Source: an uncultured Phycisphaerales bacterium (GTDB lineage Bacteria; Planctomycetota; Phycisphaerae; Sedimentisphaerales; Anaerobacaceae). Taken from it: DNA of 64,000 bases. The notes below the pieces were generated by a model. It made no database searches and had not been told where the DNA came from. It saw nothing but the letters and a program-made list of their open reading frames with translations. Below, piece by piece: positions 52,572-62,151 of the stretch (the stretch's first letter is position 1; every line of letters starts with the position of its first letter). The translations under genes were made by a program, and so were the position numbers. The stretch lies in assembly GCA_963772725.1 (NCBI GenBank), contig CAVYYI010000005.1, forward strand, positions 192,001 through 256,000, given 5' to 3'.

Positions 52572-53893
52572 ATGGAATCTCTTGAACAGGTACTTTCAAA
52601 AATATGCGATTTTGTATGGGGGCCGCCGCTGCTGATACTTTTATTCGGCACGCATATCTATCTGACTATTCGGCTCAAATTCATTCAGCGATATATCGGC
52701 AAGGCAATCAAACTGTCGTTTTCGCGGCATAAGGAAGGTGAGGGCGATGTGAGCCATTTCGGGGCGCTGATGACCGCGCTTGCCGCGACTATCGGCACAG
52801 GCAATATCGTCGGCGTGGCGACGGCCGTCGCGGCGGGCGGGCCGGGAGCGGTGCTGTGGATGTGGCTGACGGGCGTTTTCGGCATCGCGACAAAATTCGG
52901 CGAAGCGGTGCTTTCGGTAAAATACCGCATCACCGCCAAAGACGGCTCGATGGCGGGCGGGCCGATGTATGTGCTTGAGCGGGGAATGAACGCAAAATGG
53001 CTCGGGATAATTTTTGCGATATTCACCTCTGTCGCGGCGTTTGGCATCGGCAATATGGTGCAGGCAAATTCCGTCGCCTCGATGCTCAAGGAAACCTGCC
53101 ATGTCTCGCCGTGGCTCAGCGGCGCGGATAATGACCGTCATTACGGCCATCGTGATTATCGGCGGGATAAAATCCATCGCCCGCGCATGCGAATGGCTTG
53201 TGCCGTTTATGGCGATATCGTATGTACTCGGCTGCCTGATTATTCTTGCCCTTAGAATCGACACCATCGGCCAAACCATTTCGCTGATATTCACCTCGGC
53301 CTTTACCGGACAGGCTGCCGTCGGCGGATTTTTGGGCGCCGGTATGAAAGAGGCGATGCGTTACGGTGTGGCAAGGGGACTTTTTTCAAATGAATCGGGG
53401 CTTGGCAGCGCGCCTATCGTCGCCGCGGCGGCACAGACAAAAAATCCCGTCCGGCAGGGACTTGTTTCTTCGACCGGAACATTCTGGGATACGGTGGTCG
53501 TATGTGCGATGACGGGTTTGGTCGTCGTCAATTCCGGCGCGTGGACAGAGGGCATAAAAGGAACGGCGCTTACCAAAGCGGCGTTTGCCGATCTGCCGGT
53601 TGTCGGGCCGATCGTTCTGACGGTGGGGCTTGTTACGTTTGTATTTTCCACGATTTTGGGCTGGTCGTATTACGGCGAAAAGGCCGATTGAATATTTATT
53701 CGGCACAAAAGCAATCAAGCCCTATCGCTGGATGTGGGTGGTGTGCGTAATGATCGGCTCGGTCTCGACGCTTAACGCGGTCTGGACGTTTGCCGATATC
53801 GCCAATGCCCTGATGGCCGTGCCGAATCTTATCTCGCTGCTTGTCCTTACGCCGGTTATCATAATGCGAAACCAAAACGCACCTGTGGAATGA
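52572..53893 (+). CDS. Alanine/glycine:cation symporter (AgcS family; frameshifted)
   Basis: [45 protein letters not shown]. Confidence 0.9.
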
Positions 53894-54044
53894 GCAGCCT
53901 CCCGTCCCGGAACAAAGCCGAAGCGATGAACGAACACCTGTTGCGCCGGAGCTTTAGCACTGGTAAAAATACAACTTTGGCAGCCGTGTTATCAGTATAA
54001 TCCGTGATTAAAACTCATTTATGTCCTTAGCCATAAAATCTTCT

Positions 54045-54087
54045 GAGAAAAAAGTGTTGCAATATCCTCTGCCGTAAGTTATCTTAT
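54045..54087 (+). promoter_or_regulatory. Sigma70-like promoter of the third UGGxC gene
   Basis: TTGCAA-N17-TATCTT. Confidence 0.6.
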
Positions 54088-54091
54088 AAAT

Positions 54092-55438
54092 ATGCGAAAA
54101 GAACTGAACATGCGGAAACAATTGACAGCCGCGATTTGTGCAGTGACAATATGGCTGATGCCATCTTTGGCGGCACAGGATTCAAATCTCTGCGAACTTA
54201 AACTCGAGGGCAAATTCATCCAGTACATTGTTCTCATAGATGAGAATAACAAAGGCCAAACACTTAATCAGTCCGAAGAAAGCATAAACCTGCCGGAGGG
54301 GACATATAGAGTTGGGCAAATTCACCTTCAGGGCGGATATGTAAATTATAATTACAAAAGAAGAGAAATAACGCTGACTAAGGATAAGCCCGCGACATTA
54401 AAAATAGGCGGGCCGCTCAAACAAACATTGGATGTGCAAAGACAGGGGACAATTCTCAAACTCGACTATAAACTCGTTGGTATAGGTGATGAAAGTTATA
54501 CCCAAAACGACAGAACTAAACCGCCGCAATTCGCCATATATAACGGTGATAAGCAAATCGCCGCCGGCCAATTCCAGTTTGGCTGAGGCGGCTCTTGCTC
54601 GTACTCGTGGCGAGTACCCTTAACTATGGCTGGCGAACTTAAACTGGTCGCCTCAAGCGACATCGGTGAATTGGGGCCTAAAGAGGCTGAGCCGGTAGTT
54701 TTCAACTGGAAATGGTATTATAATGCTCCAACTGCGATTCTCTGGTTGATACTCCTCGCAACTCTGGTGTTGATTAAAGACAACCGAAATCCACAGGCAT
54801 GGCTCATCCTTGTTCCAGTAGTTATTGTAACCCTGCTGGCGTCACTATTAATCAGACTTCTTCCTCGCGGTTTTGAAATAGTAACTGTCATAATTCAGAC
54901 TTTTTGTGTTGGTATTGCTGTTATTTGGTTGCTTGCGCACAAACTTGGCAATCGAAACCGTCTTGCGACATTTCTTCTAAGCCTTATTATAATGGCAATA
55001 ATCGCAATAGCGGGAGAAAGTCAAATCACCTCCAACTTTAGCCTAAAGTCTTCAACTGTAACGATCGTTTTTATGCTTACACTGACTCTGCTTCTCGGTA
55101 TGACGATGAGCGGAGTAATGTGCCGCAAACGTTACAATGGTGTGCGTTTTATGCTTTGGTTGCTGTTATGGAGTATTGTTTCCGCCGCGATTATAATGTT
55201 TGTATTTATGGCTATAATGCTGTTTTCCATCAGTGCTTCTTTAGACAATATTCGTATGATACTTATGCAAGTTCCTATCGGAGGCTTGGCTTACGGTCTG
55301 TTTGTATATTTGATTAATCTTCCGTTTATGATTCTGGTTTTGCGAAGCGGTTTTTACCGAAAGCGGTTTTACGGCTGTTTTCATTTGGTCTCAATGACCA
55401 CCCCAGTAACCCCAACTGCAGAGACTGTATCGCAATAA
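54092..55438 (+). CDS. Predicted selenoprotein, UGGxC family: exported domain fused through Sec to a polytopic membrane domain (up to 448 aa; start may be 54110)
   Basis: ORFs 54092-54586 and 54626-55438 are in the same frame, separated only by TGA 54584-54586; joined text QFQFG-U-GGSCSYSWRVPLTMAGELK. Confidence 0.88.
54601..54617 (+). promoter_or_regulatory. Candidate SECIS hairpin
   Basis: GTACTCG-TGG-CGAGTAC, identical to the core of the 4607-4625 hairpin and at the same spacing. Confidence 0.8.
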
Positions 55439-55786
55439 GTTTTATAGCCGCAGTTGTTCTGTCGGCTATAGGCTAAAGAATATAAAATATCATCGTAAAA
55501 GAAACTGGCCGCATGCCGTTGTGAAATCCCTTTCAATTTGGTTGCTATACTATAACGTATCGGCAGAAGAATAACTCCTTTCTTGAACAATGATTGCGGC
55601 ACAGCCTCTAAAGCCGAGGGCATTGGAATAAGAATATAATTTCGTAACCGTAGATGGGATTATTGTGAAAAATTGTGCGGAGGGGGAGAAAAATGGTATA
55701 ATCGCGGGGTTGGCTGCGCGGTACGCCAAGGCGAATTCGCGGCAGGGTTTTAAAAAAAGTTTATTTTATAAGGATGGAAACTGGAT

Positions 55787-56140
55787 ATGAAAGGGCTGAC
55801 GACTATAATGCTTTTAATCGGCTCAAATATGTTTATGACTTACGCGTGGTACGGACATTTGAAGGATTTTAAGTACAAGCCCCTGTTTATAGTGATTGTG
55901 CTTAGCTGGGGCGTGGCGTTTATGGAGTACTGCCTTCAGGTGCCGGCGAACCGCATCGGGTCGCATTTTTTTTCGCTGTCGCAGTTGAAGGTGATTCAGG
56001 AGATTATAACGATATCAGTCTTCGCGGTCTTTTCGGTAGTTTATATGAAGCAGCCGTTGAAGACTGATTTTTTATGGGCATCGCTGTGCCTGGCCGGAGC
56101 AGCATATTTTATGTTCCGTAATTTTATTCCGCCTGTATAA
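55787..56140 (+). CDS. DMT-superfamily (DUF486-like) membrane protein
   Basis: SNMFMTYAWYGHLK, EYCLQVPANRIG, QLKVIQE. Confidence 0.88.
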   Translation: MKGLTTIMLLIGSNMFMTYAWYGHLKDFKYKPLFIVIVLSWGVAFMEYCLQVPANRIGSHFFSLSQLKVIQEIITISVFAVFSVVYMKQPLKTDFLWASLCLAGAAYFMFRNFIPPV

Positions 56141-56225
56141 CTCGAAAATTTCCGCCGCAGTTCGCAGAATTATTGTCTTTGACACAAGGGTGAATTCGGT
56201 ATAATATACGTTTGTTTAGCGAAAA

Positions 56226-57218
56226 TTGAGGGCTTATATTATGCGTTATATTCCAATAATTGTGTCGGCTTGTTTCCTTTCGGCAATAGGTTTTTGCCAG
56301 TCGTCTCTAAATACCTCCGATTGCAATGCGGCAGATGCACAGAAGTCCAAAGCACGCTGGCATGAGGCACTTGAACTGCAGGGTACAGGCAAATACAAGG
56401 AAGCCTGCGAAAAATGGAGCAGGATTATTGAGCTTGAGCCAAATTCATACAAGGCATATTATGAGAGGTGCTCTTGTTTCGCATCTTGGGCTTCGCGAAT
56501 AAAAGACGATGAGCTTTTAACCAAAGCACACGATGATTATGAAAAGCTAAAGGCTTTATCGCTGGCATATAAGGATAATCCCGCGATACGAAAATGGCAG
56601 GCCGATGCAGGAATCAACCTTACCAGCAGCTATTCCCAAGCCGGAAAAACGGAAGATGTATGCAGCATATATAACCAGTTAACGCTGCTTGCCGGTAACC
56701 ATCCGGACGAAGCAACACTTCGTGAATCACAGGCGGCGGCGGGTACTAATCTTATTCTTGCTTATGCGAAGGTGAATAGACCAGATGATGCATGCCTTAT
56801 CTATGGCAAGCTAAAGTCTCTTGCTGAAAAGTACTCTGACGAACCGGCGCTTCGAGTAAAACAGACTCACGGAGGCATCCTCCTTGTTGGGATGTATGGG
56901 GACGCCCAAAAGATGGATGATGCACGCCGAATTTATAATGAAATTAAAGCACTTGCTGATATACACAAAGACGAACAGCGGTTGCGGGAGCAGCAGAGTT
57001 GGGCGGTTTACAACCTTACTGAGGCATATAGAAAGGCCGGAAAGATAGCTGAGGCTAAAGCACAACTTAGCGAGCTGGAACAATTGGTCAAGGCGTTGCC
57101 GAAATGTACATCACAGTGGATGCTTACTGATAATATTAAAAACCTGCGGCAGAGGTTGGGTATGAAGGATGAAGAAAAGAAAGAAACTGGCCAACAGGTA
57201 AACCAATCGCACAATTGA
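56226..57218 (+). CDS. Exported TPR-like helical-repeat protein
   Basis: Signal peptide; ~42-aa repeats (L..LA..Y.D+PALR..QA). Confidence 0.7.
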   Translation: MRAYIMRYIPIIVSACFLSAIGFCQSSLNTSDCNAADAQKSKARWHEALELQGTGKYKEACEKWSRIIELEPNSYKAYYERCSCFASWASRIKDDELLTKAHDDYEKLKALSLAYKDNPAIRKWQADAGINLTSSYSQAGKTEDVCSIYNQLTLLAGNHPDEATLRESQAAAGTNLILAYAKVNRPDDACLIYGKLKSLAEKYSDEPALRVKQTHGGILLVGMYGDAQKMDDARRIYNEIKALADIHKDEQRLREQQSWAVYNLTEAYRKAGKIAEAKAQLSELEQLVKALPKCTSQWMLTDNIKNLRQRLGMKDEEKKETGQQVNQSHN

Positions 57219-57392
57219 AAATGAACAAGATAGCTTAGCTGTACGAAGTTTGATTATACCTCTGCCCGCAAAGCGAGTCAGTCGAAAAAAATGTTATAAC
57301 TTGCACTCAGATTTTTGGTGGGTTGGGACTGCTTCGCTCGCAGTGACAAAGGGGATTCTGGGCGAAAAGTAACATAAAATTGATATAAATTT

Positions 57393-60300
57393 GTGGTTGA
57401 CATAGGCCAAGACAAGATTGTTCGCGAGATAGTATCCCGGCTGAAGGCCTCTTCGGTGGGCGAAGGGGTGATAAAAATCGCGGGAACGTGGGGGTCATAT
57501 GCGCCGATGCTGGCGGCGTACCTGTCGAAAGAGGTTAACAGACCGATTTTATATGTTTGTCCGCATATCGATGACGCCGATAAGGTCAGCGACGATTTGC
57601 GAACTTTCGGGGCAGGCGATATTGAGGTTCTGCCGGCCTGGGAGGGCGATGAGGATTTGGCCGACGCCACCGATGAGATTCGCTCGGAGAGGCTGCGGGT
57701 AACGATGAAGGCTTTGGGGGCAAGGGCGAATTTTATTATCGCTGCATCGGCGCAGGCGCTTTGTCAGCCTATACCAAAACCGCAGGCTGTGGAGAAAAGC
57801 GGTCTTAGCCTGCGGGTCAATCAGGGCATATCGCCGGACGAGATTGCGGGGTGGCTGGTGGATAACGGTTTCGAGCATGTCGAGGGGATTGACGTGCCGG
57901 GACAATTCGCCAGACGCGGCGGAATAGTGGATATTTACGCGCCGCTGGTTGGTGATGTATCTGTTGCGAAAAAAGATGATGGGAATATTTTTTCACAGGG
58001 TGCCGCAGCGATAAGGGTGGAATTTTTCGGCGACACGATAGAGAGCATAAGGGAAATTGACCTTGATACGCAGCGATCGAATCAGCATATCGAAAACATC
58101 AGTATTATATCGGCGGTATGCGGCACTAAAACCCAGGAGCGGGAACTTTTTGTAAATATCCTGCCGCAGGAGACAGTGGTTATTTTTGAAGAGCCGGGTG
58201 ACATCGAGGAGGTCGCGAACGTATATCTGGAACGTGCGGAAGAACCGGAGAGGCTTTACCGGTGGAGTGATATTTATTCGGCGGCTAAAAGATTTACGCA
58301 GGCGCATATCTGCAAATTCGCAGCGTCACCGGAAGAGTTTTTGAAAGTCGATGTTGGGAGTATTGCACAGTTTCAGCAGAGCGGGGTGTCGATGTGGGCG
58401 GGACATAAGGAGGCTCTTGAGCAGCTTACGGCTAAGGCCAAAGAGGGCAAAACTGTTTATCTTTACTGTGAAAGAACGGCGGAAATCGAGCGCGTCAGGG
58501 AAATCATCGGGCAGTTAGCGGGGAAAATACCGGACAATTTCAAGCTGTTAACAGGATTTATTAATCAGGGATTCGCAGTAAATTCGCTCGAACGCGATTG
58601 TGATAAGTCATCATGAGCTTTTCGGTCAGTATGCTGTGAGGCGCAGGCAGCGCCCGATACGGCCGAGCATTACGGTCGATACGCTGGCGGATTTACAGGC
58701 GGGCGATTATGTTGTGCATGTTAATTACGGAATCGGCAAATTCCTCGGCGTTAAAACGATTACACAAAAAGACAGACCTACCGAATATCTTACGATTGAA
58801 TACGCGGACAAGGAAAAGATTCATGTTTCGGTTGAAAATATTCATCTTGTACAGAAGTATATCGGAACGAGTCCGAAACGGCCTAAATTAAGTAAAATAG
58901 GCTCTAAGAGATGGGCCAAACAGAAAGAGCAGGTCGCGCAATCCGTCCAGGAGTTGGCGGCAGAACTGCTGGATATTCAGGCCAAAAGGCAGATGCTGGG
59001 CGGCTTTGCCTTCGGGCAGGACTCTAACTGGCAGAGGGAATTTGAGGCGTCGTTTCCCTATCAGGAGACAGCCGACCAGATTACCGCCATAGAGCAAATT
59101 AAAGACGATATGCAAAAGCCCGCGGCGATGGACAGGCTTTTGTGCGGCGACGTGGGGTACGGCAAGACGGAGCTGGCGATGCGGGCAGCGTTCAAGGCTG
59201 TGGAAAACGGCAAACAGGTCGCCGTGCTTGTGCCGACGACGGTTTTGTGCGTCCAGCACGGCAGAACGTTTACGGAGCGGTTCGCGGATTTCCCGGTTTC
59301 GATTGAGGTTTTAAACCGTTTTAGAACGACCAAACAGGCGAAGGACATTATCGAGAGAACCAGGGCAGGCAGGGTGGATATTCTCATCGGGACGCACCGG
59401 CTTTTAAGCGGTGATATCGGATTTAAAGATTTGGGACTTTTAATTATCGACGAGGAGCAGCGGTTCGGGGTTGAGCATAAGGAGAAACTTAAAAGGCTGC
59501 GGGTCAATGTCGATGTTTTGACAATGACAGCGACGCCTATACCCAGAACTCTGCACATGGCGATGCTGGGGCTGCGCGACATAAGCTCACTGGCGACACC
59601 TCCCTTGGACAGGCGAAGCGTGGTAACAGCGGTAACGACTTACAGCAATGAGCTTATAAGAAAGGCGATAATGCTTGAACTGAACCGCCAAGGCCAGGTT
59701 TTCTTTTTGCATAACCGCGTCAGGTCGATTGAGAAAAAGGCGTTTGAAATATCCAAATTACTGGGTGGAGACAATGTGAGGATGACCATTGCGCACGGTC
59801 AGATGCATAAACACGAGCTTGAAAAGGCGATGATAAATTTCGTGACTGGAAAAATCGATGTGCTGATTTGCACGACCATTGTTGAATCCGGGCTGGACAT
59901 ACCCAACGCGAACACGATTTTTATTGATGACGCCGACAGGTTCGGGCTGGCCGAGCTTCATCAGCTTCGAGGGCGCGTGGGCAGGTATAAGCATCGGGCA
60001 TATGCGTATATGCTGCTGCCGAAAAGCAGGACGATAACACCGCTGGCAGCCAGGAGATTAAAGGCGATTGAGGAATATTCACATCTCGGCGCAGGGTTTC
60101 GCATTGCACTGCGGGATTTGGAAATTCGCGGCGCAGGGGAATATCCTTGGCGATGAACAATCAGGACACATTCAACTGGTCGGCTACCAGATGTATTGCG
60201 AACTGCTCGCCGAGGCGGTGAGGAAACTGAAGAATGAGCCGAAAGAGGAGACAGCGCCGCCGGCGGGAGTTGATTTGGGATTTGCGGCGTATATACCGAA

Positions 60301-60682
60301 AAGCTACATTCCGTTGGACAGATACCGGATGGATGTTTATCGCAAAATCGCGATGGCCCGGTACGATGAGGACGTAAAGCAGATTACCGATGAACTGATG
60401 GATGTTTACGGGCCGATGCCTGAAGATGTTAAAACACTGCTCGAAATAGCGGAAATTCGAATCACCGCTGGCAGGTGTAGAGTAAAAAGTATTGTCGTCT
60501 CGGGGCAGGATTTGGTATTTTCTTTTGGCGAAGGTTCGACTTCGGCGAGCAAATCATTATTCGCAAAGGTGCACGGAACAGTAAGATTCAGCGACGCTAA
60601 GACAGTGTATCTAAGACTGTCAAAAAATTATTTTGAGCCGAAAACACTGACAGCCCTTCTCAGGAAAATGTTTACGGGTTAA
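57393..60682 (+). CDS. mfd: Transcription-repair coupling factor (two frameshifts, ~58590 and ~60140)
   Basis: GQFARRGGIVD, GDYVVH..GIG, CGDVGYGKTE, DEEQRFG, TATPIPRTL, QLRGRVGR. Confidence 0.95.
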
Positions 60683-61479
60683 AAATTTCCATAGCTGTAA
60701 GACGGGGCGGCACGCTGTAAAAGCAGATAATTTTTGCCTTTATACTTTGTTACAATGCCGGCGACTTTGAGCCTGGGAGGCGAGAGTTTCGAGGATTGTT
60801 CGCTGAACGCCTTTTCGAGTGCCTGACAGGACAGCAGCGGGAAAGAAATCTTCTGGATGTTCCAGCCAAGGGCATCGAGAACAAACGCGAATTCGCCGTT
60901 GGGCTGTTTTTCAATTAAGCCGGTTCTGTCTGCCAGAATAGAATCCTGCTCAAGCTTGAGGCCTTTTTTGAGTTCCTCGGTGCGGATGACTTTTGTTGGC
61001 ATAAGTTTTTTTACAATTTCTTCGGGGATGCGAAGTTCCTCGTTAGGCTCGTTGATGGGCGGGGCGACGGGCGGAGAGGCCTCACCCTGTGCCGATAGTT
61101 GTTTTATCTTGCTCATAGGCAGGAAATAAAGGGGAAAGATGAAGTTCTTTCCGTCGTATTTTGTGAGTTTGCCCCAGAGGCGGTACATTTTATCGCTTCG
61201 CTCGTTGACGTCTGCGGTGATTTTTTCGAGCATCGAGGAGGGCAGAATCTCAACAGGTGTTCCTGCGGGGATAACTTTTAGGCCGTCTTTTAAATCAGAA
61301 TCGAATTGAAAGAACCATTTTCCGTTGCTGTCGGGGGAGACAAGATTGCCATCGGCACCGGCCAGGGGATAGTCTTCTCTGAGGGCGGAAGATTTTTTTG
61401 AAGACGTACTCTCCGCGGCCCAAACAATGGTACTGATAAGAGCAACCGCTATAAGCGAAATCGAACAAGTTTTAATCAT
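60679..61479 (-). CDS. Exported hypothetical protein with two similar halves
   Basis: Signal peptide; LPSSMLE..GKLTKYDGKNFI resembles LSCQALE..GIVTKYKGKNYL. Confidence 0.65.
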   Translation of the reverse strand: MIKTCSISLIAVALISTIVWAAESTSSKKSSALREDYPLAGADGNLVSPDSNGKWFFQFDSDLKDGLKVIPAGTPVEILPSSMLEKITADVNERSDKMYRLWGKLTKYDGKNFIFPLYFLPMSKIKQLSAQGEASPPVAPPINEPNEELRIPEEIVKKLMPTKVIRTEELKKGLKLEQDSILADRTGLIEKQPNGEFAFVLDALGWNIQKISFPLLSCQALEKAFSEQSSKLSPPRLKVAGIVTKYKGKNYLLLQRAAPSYSYGNF

Positions 61480-61484
61480 CGCTG

Positions 61485-62012
61485 TTACTCCGAAAACTTT
61501 TCAATGAGATATTTCTCAACTTCCGGCGGCCCATCCGCCAGTTGGATGCAGCTTCGTGAATTTGGGTCGTCCTTAGCCATCAAATCGACAAGCCGCTTCC
61601 AAAATTCCCCTACCAGTATAATAGGTTTGTCGGCATCTGAAAAGTGTTTGTTTTTTAATTCCCAGACCATGGCCAATTCGAGGAGCGTTCCGGTTCCGCC
61701 GGGCAGGACAATATAGGCGTGGCCGAGTTCTATCAGGCTTTTGAGCCTTTCTTCGAGACAGGACGTTTTAATCTCACGGGTAATATAGGGGTTTACGGTT
61801 GAAGAAAAAGCTGAGCAGGTAACGCCGATAGTTTTACCGCCTGCCGCAACTGCTGCCTGGGCGGCGGCGAGCATAGTTCCATTGTAACCGCCGTTGGCAA
61901 TGATAAAACCCGCCCGGGCAAGCGAGGTTCCTATTTGCGAGGCGAGAATATAAATCTCCTCGCCCCGCTGCGCCCTGCTTGTACCAAAGATTGTTACTAT
62001 TTTTTCAGTCAT
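61485..62012 (-). CDS. LOG-family protein
   Basis: VTIFG, NGGY.G.M, LPGGTGTLLEL. Confidence 0.88.
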   Translation of the reverse strand: MTEKIVTIFGTSRAQRGEEIYILASQIGTSLARAGFIIANGGYNGTMLAAAQAAVAAGGKTIGVTCSAFSSTVNPYITREIKTSCLEERLKSLIELGHAYIVLPGGTGTLLELAMVWELKNKHFSDADKPIILVGEFWKRLVDLMAKDDPNSRSCIQLADGPPEVEKYLIEKFSE

Positions 62013-62151
62013 TTTTTCTCCGCAGATGAAATCGGATTAACACAGATTATTTCAGCATCTCGTATCTCGTGAAAAGTATCTCGTTTCACGCTTCACAAGA
62101 TACGCTTCGCTATTTTGGTGTTTATTCGTGTCCATTCGTGGTTAATTAGTT

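Noticed and set aside
4717..57218. Other TGA stops (4719, 24806, 40609, 44488, 47891, 57218) as Sec codons
   Set aside because: No stem-loop at the +14 to +32 position and no conserved downstream reading frame.
2031..60682. Many frameshifted genes (pyrB, pyrC, mfd, larE, AgcS, YbaK, MMPL, dehydratase subunit) as pseudogenes or programmed frameshifts
   Set aside because: Scattered single-base indels in otherwise intact housekeeping genes, with no shared slippery motif, are best explained by assembly error. The Sec TGAs differ: they are in frame and recur at the same motif three times.
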